From Tubulanus polymorphus (Eukaryota; Animalia; Nemertea): a stretch of DNA of 64,000 nt. Position numbers and translations under genes: made by a program. Under the pieces are notes generated by a model. That model ran no database searches. It saw only the letters and a program-made list of their open reading frames with translations, and had not been told where the DNA came from. Below, piece after piece: positions 36,401 to 50,069 of the stretch; within the stretch, counting starts at the first letter, position 1, and each line of letters begins with the position of its first letter. The DNA lies in the NCBI RefSeq assembly GCF_964204645.1, contig NC_134035.1, positions 13,486,451 through 13,550,450 of the forward strand, written 5' to 3'.

Positions 36401-39400
36401 AAGTGAGTGGTTCGGTTTCTGATTGCCGACCTATTTTACTCGTCGACAATTCCGACGATTTAGAATTGCCGACCTATTTTACTCGTCGACAATTCCGACG
36501 ATTTAGAATTGCCGACCTATTTTACTCGTCGACAATTCCGACGATTTAGAATTGCCGACCTATTTTACTCGTCGACAATTCCGACGATTTAGAATTGCCG
36601 ACCTATTTTACTCGTCGACAATTCCGACGATTTTAAATTGCCGACCTATTTTACTCGTAGACAATTCCGACGATTTAGAATTGTTGAAGGGAAGATAAAT
36701 TTTCAAGCAACGACACGGCCACTTGATGCCGATTGCAGTTTGTATCTATAAAGGGTAATCTACACACGGTCCTTCATCCCAGCCATTTTATATCAGGGTA
36801 ATCCACACAAACACCCAGCCCCTCGATCCCAGCCACCTTATTCAAGGGTAATCCACGCAAACACACAGCCCCTCGATCCCAGCCACCTTATTCAAGGGTA
36901 ATCCACGCAAACACACAACCCCTCGATCCCAGCCACTTTATATCAGGGTAATCCGCGCACACACACAGCCCCTCGATCCCAGCCACTTTATATCAGGGTA
37001 ATCCACGCACACACACAGCCCCTCGATCCCAGCCACTTTATATCAGGGGTAATCCACGCAAAAACACAGCCCCTCAATCCCAGCCACCTTATTCAAGGGT
37101 AATCCACGCAAACACGCAGCCCCTCGATCCCAGCCACTTTATTCAAGGGTAATCCACGCAAACACACAGCCCTCGATCCCAGCCACATTATATCAGGGTA
37201 ATCCACGCACACACACAGCCCCTCGATCCCAGCCACATTATATCAGGGTAATCCACGCACACACGCAGCCCCTCGATCCCAGCCACATTATATCAGGGTA
37301 ATCCACGCACACACGCAGCCCCTCGATCCCAGCCACATTATATCAGGGTAATCCACGCACACACGCAGCCCCTCGATCCCAGCCACATTATATCAGGGTA
37401 ATCCACGCAAACACACAGCCCCTCGATCCCAGCCACTTTATATCAGGGTAATCCGCGCAAACACGCAGCCCCTCGATCCCAGCCACTTTATATCAGGGGA
37501 TATTATTATATAAAAGATATTGCAATTCTAAATCGTCGGAATTGTCGACGAGTAAAATAGGTCGGCAATTTAAAATCGTCGGAATTGTCGACGAGTAAAA
37601 TAGGTCGGCAATTCTAAATCGTCGGAATTGTCTACGAGTAATATAGGTTGGCAATTCTAAATCGTCGGAATTGTCGACGAGTAAAATAGGTTGGCAATTC
37701 TAAATCGTCGGAATTATCGACGAGTATAATAGGTGGGCAATTCTAAATCGTCGGAATTGTCGACGAGTAAAACAGGTCGGCTACCTGGCTCGCGGAAGAA
37801 TACGTGCTATGTACTCAGCCTGGGCAGATCTACTTTTACCTGTTCTGGAGTTGAGCCTATTATTTTACTTGAATTGAACAGCATCTCATCAAGTTGAATT
37901 ACTTTTTTCATATGATAAGTATTTTATGTGAATAGTTAAAATCGGATTTAAGTGAAAATGAACTTTGGTGTTTGATTTCGAGACAAATCGCTTTTTGTAA
38001 ATGGTTAAACTCCATTTGAGATGAATACACATAAAGATGTATTCAAATGTTGAAATGTATTCAAACGTAGCGTTTTATCAGAATATTGTCCTAGATTACG
38101 TCAAATATGAGCTGAACATTTCTGAATACAACTCCAGAACTACATCAGAACTAGTACTAATATCCTCTTGATGAAGTCGTGGGAGATATTATAGTTTTAG
38201 CTGTACTGCGTCTGTGTGAAGTTTTTGCGTTTATCGCCACTTCCTTTGAATTCTTAAACAAGCTGTGTCTGAAGGATTCAATATTCAAGGGGTAAGTGGC
38301 TCATTTGAAATAAGTTTGAATATATGTGAAATAGGCCTTCATCGAGGTGCAGTGGTCCAGTCACTGATCCTTCACCTTGGTTCTTCTCTGGGCTCCAATT
38401 AAATTGGGGAGAAGAAACTCCCGGACCTACTTATAAATACCCTGAGTGGCCCAGGGCAATATTTCTGAGGTTCCACGTATAAATGTCTAGTAAATGACAG
38501 AATGATTTTTTAACTTATAGCTTTTGATAGAATATCTTTTCATCTTATTTAGAAACACGAATGTTGACACAGAACCCTTCAAATAATGTATTGTAGTTAT
38601 CAATGGATAAAAACATTATTATAACGGTTTTTACAGCGTCAAAAATAGGCCTGTTCCAGAGGTCATTTATTACTAATTAAATCAATACAAATTGTTTTAT
38701 TTGTAGAATTGGATGTAGCCAGCAGTGAATTGGTTTGATTACATGGCCGCATGATATATAGATATATAGGTTTTGCGAATGGTGAAAGTAGTCGGGGACA
38801 TGTCAGGGAAAAAGCAAGACAAATAAAAGAAGCCACCCTGAAACGTGCTTGCATTTTTACGAACACCTTTGATGTCAAAGAGTTTTAGAATAACCAAATT
38901 ATGAATTATGAACAAATCGTAAAGAATAAACATTTAATTGCTCTTTGTTGTTATGACCACCGCAGCTATTTATTTCACCAGGAAAAATGATTTCCGAAGT
39001 TTGGAGGATCTAAAACGGTAAACAACGGATGTATTGTTATCGCATTTATCAAATTTATGCTTTCGTCGTGTAATTCCATCTGATACTTCTAATACTGTCA
39101 AGTAAGAATATTTTGTTGAGGCAACTTATTTCAGTCAAAGGTGGACCATCTTGAATCTCTTTAAGTCACCCTGATACTGGTATGATTTTTTCCCCGCAAA
39201 GTTCTGAATCCCCCACTCGGCTGGAATAGCTAAGGTGCCACCCCAGAGGGCGCCCCTTGGGGTGGAGTTTCTATTTCTTCAAATCGCTACTAGTCCTACA
39301 GTTTTAATCCGATCAATTCCAAATTTGGTATGAATGTTCTATGGACCAATACCTACAAAGTACAGAGACCTTTTTGGATTTGGACCCAAGGGGGCACCCC

Positions 39401-40867
39401 CTAGGTATGCAGCTTCTATTTCTTCAAGCTTCTATTTCTTCTATATAAGCCGATATGCTCCTTGTTTATCTTTCCTCTTCTGTTCGTTGTATCGGGTGTA
39501 GCTGTTTTCAGGAATGCCTTCCTGATATTTTCATTTATCCATGGTAGACCAAGCTGTTATTCTTATTATTGTTCATTAGTTATACCCGAACTGTATTGAA
39601 AGCAATGGGCGTTATGAAAACAATATATAATTTGATAATATGAGGAATGAAGAAGATGCATTTGAAAGCTTTTCAGCAACAGTGTAAAAGGCTGGCGCAG
39701 GTGATCATAATATTGACATCTGTATGAGTTTTCTCAGGTTTTCTGTTAAATCGTGAGGCTAGTTATTCCAAAACAAATTTATATAGTTGTGAAACCTGAA
39801 CTGTACCATAATTGCAGTTGTTGGTATGAACCAATTCTACCTATGCATTCCCAAAACTATTACCATCCACTATTGATGCATCAACAGATACGATGACAAA
39901 ACCGAAATTGCCTTCAAACTCTTGATTTAGAAATGAATCAGATAAACTGGCAATTAATTGTAATGATGATTCTGTCTAACAGTTGTTTGTATGATTTCAG
40001 TGATGAGTAAACAAAATTTTATTCATCACTATTGTATTGACAGACATAAGTCTACGTGGTATTAATGTGTAATATTCGTGATCCTTAATAGTTTTTCTTT
40101 TCATTTCAGCTGAAAGACTTGTCAGAGATGTAATCAAGAAGAAAAATGAGTCTGGCCACACTTATGAGGCGGCAACACGTCTACAACAAAGATTACAAAG
40201 GTGTGTTGATCTAATGTCGTCTCATAAGCCGGTGGAGCCAGTTCCACCAACACCTGAATTGGCTCCTCCGCAGGTGGTGGACCCTGCTCCTGCGGTGCAG
40301 GTGGTTGCGCCCACCGTATCTTCGGATACGGAGGTCGTGCCACCTGTTATCGTGGAGCAGGAGGTCGCCCCTGCCGTGGTTGCCCCGACAGAGGCGCCAC
40401 AGGTCCAGACTCCTGCACCGCGCAGGTCGCCCCGTAGAAATATAAAAAAAGTTAACTATTCAGAAGGTTCGGGGCGGCCTAATAAAAAAAAATCTCCAAA
40501 ACGTGCGACTCCTCCACCACCACCATCTTTTGAGGAGTCGAGTGATGAGGAGTTATTTCATACTCCTGGAGCTCCACAACCAGGGCCCCCACCACCACCA
40601 CAAACACCTGTGGGAGTGCAACAAAAAAAAAGAAAGAGAGGTACATATGATAATGAAAATAATAATGAAAATAATAATGAAATGCCCGCCCAGGCTGGAT
40701 CATCGGGCGCTCCAGCGGGGGTACCACCCGCCCCCGCTGTAGAGCTTGTTGCACGTGGCCCTGGTTGGTCAAAGAACATAAGAATGAAAGATCCTTTACA
40801 ATTGCTCCGCGATGTTGAAGGGGCCTTTGATGGCAACTATACATTCATTAAAAGACAACGGCGATAA
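33437..40867 (+). CDS. Putative orphan nuclear protein, 282 aa, two coding exons, Pro-rich/basic, disordered
   Basis: Exon 33437-33527 (ATG...A|GTAAGT, phase 1) joins in frame to exon 40110-40867 (polypyrimidine TTTCAG|CT), extending the 217-aa ORF; TAA overlaps AATAAA; upstream TATA promoter and non-coding exon. No family recognised. Confidence 0.6.
35417..35628. repeat. About 28-bp minisatellite (GATACCAGTGCATCATCCCAGTACCAGC)
   Basis: Tandem degenerate copies. Confidence 0.85.
36346..37857. mobile_element. Non-autonomous foldback DNA transposon (GG-start TIR, 8-bp TSD; Merlin-like)
   Basis: About 31-bp imperfect TIRs GGTTCAACTCCAGAATAGGT.../...ACCTGTTCTGGAGTTGAGCC; TSD TATTATTT at 36338-36345 and 37858-37865; inverted subterminal arrays of about 6 x 43 bp (36421-36682, 37522-37781); central array of about 15 x 50 bp (36752-37498). 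Confidence 0.82.
39180..39440. mobile_element. Degenerate dispersed repeat, possibly Helentron/pearl-type core
   Basis: ATTTCTTCAAATCGCTAC...CCAAATTTGGTATGAATGTTC...GGACCCAAGGGGGCACCCC resembles invertebrate non-autonomous element cores; recognised from memory only. Confidence 0.3.
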
Positions 40868-41364
40868 TAAAAAACCATCCCCCCTTCACTCGCCATCACT
40901 CCGGGCAACAACACCAGCCCATACACGTCTGCAGATCGGCACTCCTTTCATCATCCATTTTTATTATCACTTGTCACTTTGTAATATAAGTGAGTTTTAA
41001 AAACTTATTAATTTCATTTCATTCTTCGTCGGTCTGCAGTTCGCGCGGTGCCACAAAATATCTGTCAACCCCCCTTGCATTAGGAACCAGTGGGCGTGCA
41101 GTCCTGCATTATTAATGTTTTTTTATTAAAAAAAAAAAAAAGCAAAAACCAGATCTAACGAGTTTTTAACGAGAGTTTTACGGTTCTCTCAAAAAAATTA
41201 AAAAACAAAAAAATCAAAAAAATTCATCATCATTTCATCAACTTTATTTATTTTCCTTGGATGAATTTAATTTCATTCCATCATGTCATCCATCATTATT
41301 TTAAATTATTTTCATTTATTTTCTGACTGTACGTCCCGCTGTGTTCCTACCAAACCCGCCCACA

Positions 41365-41762
41365 CCATTCCATTCTTGCATACAAAATGACTTATGCAAT
41401 TCCATTCTTGCATTCAAAATGACTCATGCAGTTCCATTCCTGCATCAAAATGACACGCAGTTCCATTCCTGCATTCAAAATGACTCATGCAGTTCCATTC
41501 TTGCATTCAACATGATTTATGCAATTCCATTCCTGCATTCAAAATGACACTCATGCAGTTCCATTCTTGCATTCAAAATGACTCGTGCAGTTCAATTCCC
41601 GCTTTCAAAATGACTCATGCAGTTCCATTCCTGCATTCAAAATGACACTCATGCAGTTCCATTCATGCAGCAATTCCATTCCTGCATTCAAAATGACACT
41701 CATGCAGTTCCATTCATGCAGCAATTCCATTCCTGCATTCAAAATGACTCGTGCAGTTCCAT
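41365..41762. repeat. About 32-bp minisatellite (ATGACTCATGCAGTTCCATTCCTGCATTCAAA)
   Basis: About 12 degenerate copies. Confidence 0.88.
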
Positions 41763-43095
41763 GGATTTTTCAAATCAAAAGGACAGCTATGATTCACATA
41801 ATGTGATTCTTTTTGATACTCAAAAACGCAGAGAAGGAACAGCTATGTTTTACACATAATGCGATTTCTTATCAAACTACATTGGAATACTTTTTTTAAT
41901 GTGTTCCATGTTATCCCACCCCTGATACTATGACGTTCATACGTCAAGTTTAAAATCATTGTTTATTGTTATTAAAATACTTGTTTTTCTAATTACAGAT
42001 TTAAAGATTTATTTGATTTATCACGAAAACTTGAAATGTTTATATCTATTGCCAAATAGCAGAAGGAAATCCTTTAAATGTGATTGGAAGGACTTCAAAT
42101 ATTCACTCGTTTAAGAATAGGAATATGTATTCATACGAATAACTGCGTGACATTGGATAAAATGTTGAGCAAAACTGGAAATCACAGCAAAAACAACGGT
42201 AATCGATTTCATTACATTTTTAGGATCAACCACGTTGATCCTTATCGACATCCTTATAGTGCTGAGAGTAACTTTCTGTCAGCTCTGGGTGGTCAAATTG
42301 TAACCACTGGATCTACACAGCTGATATTTTGTCATCAGAAGAGAAATAGATGGAATTAATATGGAAAGTTGTGTCCATCAGCTCTTTGTCATTTGGAAGT
42401 ACTGGGAGAAAATGAGCAGATGAATTTTCCCCATTTCTAATAATCGATGCTTGACCTTGTTTCTTGATAATGTCATCACTGGGAGAGCCCGTCTGCATCC
42501 AAGTTCAATGTTATAGAATAAACATTGAATCGATCGTCTGCCATGTGCGAGTCATGGGAATAATGTAATACCATGCATACTATCACACACGCTTACTACT
42601 GGTGTTGTGTGCGCCAAGATTTCATCTTCATACCTTATTGCAAATCCCACAACAAATCCATTTCAATGCTCAATGGTTAACTGTACTCAGTTGATCCTAC
42701 TGCACCCATGGTCCTTTATTAGGGTGTAAAATGGAATAATTCACTTGATCCATGATCAATACATGAATTTAATAATTGATAAATACGATAAATAAAACCT
42801 TATAAAATTCTGTATAGATTCAGTAAAAGAATGATCTCTGATAAGAGAATTTGTTGTTGTCAAGTCGGTGAAGTTGTATTGGCTAATAATGACCCTAATG
42901 ATCATCAGGTTCAGAATTTGACTTCATAATTCTTGTTTATTGAGCAGAGGAGAGAGAGTAGTTAGCGTTGATGAGGAGTTAAGGTGTGATGATTTAGATT
43001 TTTACACCAAATAATTGAGCATTAAATAAAAGATAAGATTGAGATATTTTTAGATAATGTGATTGAAAATTCAGATTTGAGAAATAATCATTGAT

Positions 43096-43625
43096 AAGTT
43101 AATTCCTGTATAGAGGACAGTCAGAAAAGGGAAGTTAATTCCTGTATAGAGGACAGTCAGAGAAGGAAAGTTAATTCCTGTATAGAGGACAGTCAGAGAA
43201 GGGAAATTAATTCCTGTATAGAGGACAGTCAGAGAAGGGAAGTTAATTCCTGTATAGAGGACAGTCAGAGAAGGGAAGTTAATTCCTGTATAGAGGACAG
43301 TCAGAGAAGGAAAGTTAATTCCTGTATAGAGGACAGTCAGAGAAGGAAAGTTAATTCCTGTATAGAGGACAGTCAGAGAAGGAAAGTTAATTCCTGTATA
43401 GAGGACAGTCAGAGAAGGAAGTTAATTCCTGTATAGAGGACAGTCAGAGAAGGAAGTTAATTCCTGTATAGAGGACAGTCAGAGAAGGAAAGTTAATTCC
43501 TGTAGAAGGCAGTCATAGAGAGCAGGTTGAACCCCTGTATAGAGAACAGTCAGAGAAGGGAAGTTAATTCCTGTAGAAGGCAGTCATAGAGAGTAGGTTG
43601 AACCCCTGTATAGAGAACAGTCAGA
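43096..43625. repeat. 37-bp minisatellite (AAGTTAATTCCTGTATAGAGGACAGTCAGAGAAGGGA)
   Basis: About 11 regular copies plus variant units. Confidence 0.92.
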
Positions 43626-43659
43626 GGTTGATCGCATCCAATTATTAAACAAAAACCAG

Positions 43660-43751
<92 letters not shown>
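43660..43751. repeat. (CAT)n microsatellite
   Basis: About 30 perfect units. Confidence 0.97.
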
Positions 43752-45019
43752 ATAGCCAGCAAACATTTCAGTAATATTCCAGTTATTGAACAGTTAGTGT
43801 TAAGATTATTACCGTTACAGTTTTTCACTTATTTCCTAAAGATTCAACCAAATTCATTCTATGTTTCGAGTCATTCATTGCAAAAATTCCAATTTACTCC
43901 AACTTTTGATGGTCAAAGTGATTCCTCGTTGTTAGGAAATCATTTGGGAAAATGTTCCTTTTATAAAAGTTACCGGCGTCAAACCTATCGCATTCAAGAA
44001 GAAACTATTATCTTAAAAACTATTTTATCTGAATCTTACATCAACTATTAATTATCTAAAAATTGTTTTATCCATATCTTAACATTTCCTGAATATCTAA
44101 AAAAAATCTGCGTTGTAAAACATTATTGAATATCACGGAACAAATTTTATGTATATCATATTTTAAATTGTTTTATTTGTACTTATTTTAAACTATTTTA
44201 ATTTTAAATAATTTCAAACCATTTTATATTTTTTAAGAACTAGATTATATTCGTTTTTTAAAACTAACCTACAGATCAATTTGATGAGTTATTTATCTTA
44301 TATTTGACTATATCATATACTGGAACCCAAGATATTTGAAACGGATAACTGAAGGTCCAGGTTTTATCACTGAATACTCTTTGACACAATTACGTGGTCC
44401 ACAACACAGATACAAATAGTGGTTATATAAAAGGCCCATATATTATAATGCACGCACGAAGAGCTTGTACTCATAGTTCATATGAAATGTGATTGAGAAC
44501 TTCTCATACTTTATTTAATCTTCTTTTCTTGATTTTTCTATTTTGTTTTAAAGATATTTTCAGATTGTCTGTGAGTTTATTGTATTCACTTTTTGATTTC
44601 AGTTTATTTGTTTATTGTGTTTAGATCTAGTTATTTAAGTCTATTCAGGTCTATTTATTTAGTATATTTCTAGTTATTCAAGTCTATTTAGGTCTCGCTA
44701 TTTAAGTCTATTTAGGCTAGTTATTTAAGTATATTTCTAGTTAATTTAAGTCTATTTAGGCTAATTTACTTAAGTATATTTAGGTCTAGTAATTTAAGTA
44801 TATTTAGGTCTAGTTATTTTAGTCGATTTCTAGTTATTCAAGTCGAGTTATTTAAGTATATTTAAGTCTCGTTATTTAAGTTTGTTTGGGTCAAGTTATA
44901 TTATTATTTTAAAGTTTAGTTATTAAAGGTATAAAGTCTGTTGTTTCTAGGGTTCGGAATAAACAAATTTTCATCATTAATAAAATCACTCTAGGGATCA
45001 TCAATAAAATACATTAATG

Positions 45020-48000
45020 TTCAGGTGTTTTTAATCATGATAGAATACTGTTAGGTTATTTAATTGTTTTATGAACTGAGGGTAATTTTGTCATTGATAG
45101 AATTACTTTCAGGTCATCAGTAAAATACATTAATTATAAAGTTAGTCGGATTATCAGTAAAATATATTTATAGTAAAATTGATCAGTTTTAATTATGATA
45201 GAATACTGTTAGGTAATTTAATTGTTTTATGAACTGAGGGTAAATCTGTCATTGATAGAATTATTCTCAGGTCATCAGTAAAATAAATTAATTATAAAGT
45301 TAGTCGGATTATCAGTAAAATATATTTATAGTAAAATTGATCAGTTTTAATTATGATAGAATACTATTAGGTTATTTAATTGTTTTATGAACTGAGGGTA
45401 AATCTGTCATTGATAGAATTATTCTCAGGTCATCAGTAAAATATATTAATTATAAAGTTAGTCGGATTATCAGTAAAATATATTTATAGTAAAATTAATC
45501 AGTTTTAATTATGATAGAATACTATTAGGTTATTTTTCTTGTTTTATGAACTGAGGGTAAATCTCTCATTGATAGAATTATTCTCAGGTCATCAGTAAAA
45601 TAAATTAATTATAAAGTTAGTCGGATTATCAGTAAAATATATTTATAGTAAAATTAATCAGTTTTAATTATGATAGAATACTTTTAGGTTATTTTTATTG
45701 TTTTATGAACTGAGGGTAAATCTGTCATTGATAGAATTATTCTCAGGTCATCAGTAAAATATATTAATTATAAAGTTAGTCGGATTATCAGTAAAATATA
45801 TTTATAGTAAAATTAATCAGTTTTAATTATGATAGAATACTTTTAGGTTATTTTTATTGTTTTATGAACTGAGGGTAAATCTGTCATTGATAGAATTATT
45901 CTCAGGTCATCAGTAAAATAAATTAATTATAAAGTTAGTCGGATTATCAGTAAAATATATTTATAGTAAAATTAATCAGTTTTAATTATGATAGAATACT
46001 TTTAGGTTATTTTTATTGTTTTATGAACTGAGGGTAAATCTGTCATTGATAGAATTATTCTCAGGTCATCAGTAAAATATATTAATTATAAAGTTAGTCG
46101 GATTATCAGTAAAATATATTTATAGTAAAATTAATCAGTTTTAATTATGATAGAATACTTTTAGGTTATTTTTATTGTTTTATGAACTGAGGGTAAATCT
46201 GTCATTGATAGAATTATTCTCAGGTCATCAGTAAAATACATTAATTATAAAGTTAGTCGGATTATCAGTGAAATATATTTATAGTAAAATTAATCAGTTT
46301 TAATTATGATAGAATACTGTTAGGTTATTTTATTGTTTTATGAACTGAAGGTAAATCTGTCATTGATAGAATTATTCTCAGGTCATCAGTAAAATAAATT
46401 AATTATAAAGTAAGTCGGATTATGAGTAAAATATATTTATAGTAAAATTAATCAGTTTTAATTATGATAGAATACTTTTAGGTTATTTCATTGTTTTATG
46501 AACTGAAGGTAAATCTGTCATTGATAGAATTATTCTCAGGTCATCAGTAAAATACATTAATTATAAAGTAAGTCGGATTATGAGTAAAATATATTTATAG
46601 TAAAATTAATCAGTTTTAATCATGATAGAATACTGTTAGGTAATTTTATTGTTTTATGAACTGAGGGTAATTTTGTCATTGATAGAATTATTCTCAGGTC
46701 ATCAGTAAAATATATTAATTATAAAGTTAGTCGGATTATCAGTAAAATATATTTATAGTAAAATTGATCAGTTTTAATCATGATAGAATACTGTTAGGTT
46801 ATTTAATTGTTTTATGAACTGAGGGTAATTTTGTCATTGATAGAATTACTTTCAGGTCATCAGTAAAATACATTAATTATAAAGTTAGTCGGATTATCAG
46901 TAAAATATATTTATAGTAAAATTGATCAGTTTTAATTATGATAGAATACTGTTAGGTAATTTAATTGTTTTATGAACTGAGGGTAAATCTGTCATTGATA
47001 GAATTATTCTCAGGTCATCAGTAAAATAAATTAATTATAAAGTTAGTCGGATTATCAGTAAAATATATTTATAGTAAAATTGATCAGTTTTAATTATGAT
47101 AGAATACTATTAGGTTATTTAATTGTTTTATGAACTGAGGGTAAATCTGTCATTGATAGAATTATTCTCAGGTCATCAGTAAAATATATTAATTATAAAG
47201 TTAGTCGGATTATCAGTAAAATATATTTATAGTAAAATTAATCAGTTTTAATTATGATAGAATACTATTAGGTTATTTTTCTTGTTTTATGAACTGAGGG
47301 TAAATCTCTCATTGATAGAATTATTCTCAGGTCATCAGTAAAATAAATTAATTATAAAGTTAGTCGGATTATCAGTAAAATATATTTATAGTAAAATTAA
47401 TCAGTTTTAATTATGATAGAATACTTTTAGGTTATTTTTATTGTTTTATGAACTGAGGGTAAATCTGTCATTGATAGAATTATTCTCAGGTCATCAGTAA
47501 AATATATTAATTATAAAGTTAGTCGGATTATCAGTAAAATATATTTATAGTAAAATTAATCAGTTTTAATTATGATAGAATACTTTTAGGTTATTTTTAT
47601 TGTTTTATGAACTGAGGGTAAATCTGTCATTGATAGAATTATTCTCAGGTCATCAGTAAAATACATTAATTATAAAGTTAGTCGGATTATCAGTGAAATA
47701 TATTTATAGTAAAATTAATCAGTTTTAATTATGATAGAATACTGTTAGGTTATTTTATTGTTTTATGAACTGAAGGTAAATCTGTCATTGATAGAATTAT
47801 TCTCAGGTCATCAGTAAAATAAATTAATTATAAAGTAAGTCGGATTATGAGTAAAATATATTTATAGTAAAATTAATCAGTTTTAATTATGATAGAATAC
47901 TGTTAGGTTATTTTTATTGTTTTATGAACTGAAGGTAAATCTGTCATTGATAGAATTATTCTCAGGTCATCAGTAAAATACATTAATTATAAAGTAAGTC

Positions 48001-49800
48001 GGATTATGAGTAAAATATATTTATAGTAAAATTAATCAGTTTTAATCATGATAGAATACTGTTAGGTAATTTTATTGTTTTATGAACTGAGGGTAATTTT
48101 GTCATTGATAGAATTATTCTCAGGTCATCAGTAAAATATATTAATTATAAAGTTAGTCGGATTATCAGTAAAATATATTTATAGTAAATTTAATCAGTTT
48201 TAATTATGATAGAATACTTTTAGGTTATTTCATTGTTTTATGAACTGAAGGTAAATCTGTCATTGATAGAATTATTCTCAGGTCATCAGTAAAATACATT
48301 AATTATAAAGTAAGTCGGATTATGAGTAAAATATATTTATAGTAAAATTAATCAGTTTTAATCATGATAGAATACTGTTAGGTAATTTTATTGTTTTATG
48401 AACTGAGGGTAATTTTGTCATTGATAGAATTATTCTCAGGTCATCAGTAAAATATATTAATTATAAAGTTAGTCGGATTATCAGTAAAATATATTTATAG
48501 TAAATTTAATCAGTTTTAATTATGATAGAATACTTTTAGGTTATTTAATTGTTTTATGAACTGAGGGTAAATCTCTCATTGATAGAATTATTCTCAGGTC
48601 ATCAGTAAAATACATTAATTATAAAGTTAGTCGGATTATCAGTAAAATATATTTATAGTAAATTTAATCAGTTTTAATTATGATAGAATACTGTTAGGTT
48701 ATTTTATTGTTTTATGAACTGAAGGTAAATCTGTCATTGATAGAATTATTCTCAGGTCATCAGTAAAATACATTAATTATAAAGTAAGTCGGATTATGAG
48801 TAAAATATATTTATAGTAAATTTAATCAGTTTTAATTATGATAGAATACTTTTAGGTTATATTTATTGTTTTATGAACTGAGGGTAATTTTGTCATTGAT
48901 AGAATTACTTTCAGGTCATCAGTAAAATACATTAATTATAAAGTTAGTCGGATTATCAGTGAAATATATTTATAGTAAAATTAATCAGTTTTAATTATGA
49001 TAGAATACTGTTAGGTTATTTAATTGTTTTATGAACTGAGGGTAAATCTCTCATTGATAGAATTATTCTCAGGTCATCAGTAAAATACATTAATTATAAA
49101 GTTAGTCGGATTATCAGTAAAATATATTTATAGTAAATTTAATCAGTTTTAATTATGATAGAATACTTTTAGGTTATTTAATTGTTTTATCAGTAAAATA
49201 CATTAATTATAAAGTTAGTCGGATTATCAGTGAAATATATTTATAGTAAATTTAATCAGTTTTAATTATGATAGAATACTGTTAGGTTATATTTATTGTT
49301 TTATGAACTGAGGGTAATTTTGTCATTGATAGAATTACTTTCAGGTCATCAGTAAAATACATTAATTATAAAGTTAGTCGGATTATCAGTGAAATATATT
49401 TATAGTAAAATTGATCAGTTTTAATTATGATAGAATACTGTTAGGTTATTTAATTGTTTTATGAACTGAGGGTAAATCTCTCATTGATAGAATTATTCTC
49501 AGGTCATCAGTAAAATACATTAATTATAAAGTTAGTCGGATTATCAGTGAAATATATTTATAGTAAAATTAATCAGTTTTAATTATGATAGAATACTTTT
49601 AGGTTATATTTATTGTTTTATGAACTGAGGGTAATTTTGTCATTGATAGAATTACTTTCAGGTCATCAGTAAAATACATTAATTATAAAGTTAGTCGGAT
49701 TATCAGTGAAATATATTTATAGTAAAATTAATCAGTTTTAATTATGATAGAATACTGTTAGGTTATTTTTATTGTTTTATGAACTGAGGGTAAATCTGTC
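45020..49800. repeat. AT-rich satellite, 158-159-bp monomer, about 30 copies
   Basis: AACTGAGGGTAA recurs at 45074, 45232, 45390, 45549...; the variant pattern recurs at an offset of about 1742 bp. Confidence 0.96.
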
Positions 49801-50069
49801 TTTGTATGAAATTGTTTATATTGGTACTGTTCCTTGATTGTGGTGAGTTTAACGGTCATTGGTTTCTGTATGTGTTCACCTGGCGTATTGTCAGATTGTC
49901 AAGCATTTCGACCAGAGGACATGGCGTCCCTGGACCACTACTGTCACCACTTTTAAGGTTCTCAAACACATTTCATATAAACAGCTATATTTATTGAATG
50001 AAACTATTTCTAACCTTATTTCAGTTTCATATTTCCCCCATAATCTATCATGTTTCACTTATTTCTTTT

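Noticed and set aside
36421-37781. CRISPR-like appearance of 43/50-bp arrays (also 5856-6500 and 43096-43625)
   Set aside because: Units are contiguous with no unique spacers, there are no cas genes, and the context is eukaryotic.
39450-39560. Possible LINE remnant (minus-strand PWINENIRKAF)
   Set aside because: Only one short motif; no RT or endonuclease motifs found nearby.
42190-42500. Degenerate minus-strand coding-like remnant (HFLPVLP, faint OTU-like ending)
   Set aside because: Interrupted by stops, and the motif is too short to support a call without an HMM search.
43550-43828. Poly-Asp ORF; similarly poly-Val/Ala at 51677-51907 and ORFs at 2298, 24469, 27858, 35355, 41341
   Set aside because: Micro- or minisatellite translations.
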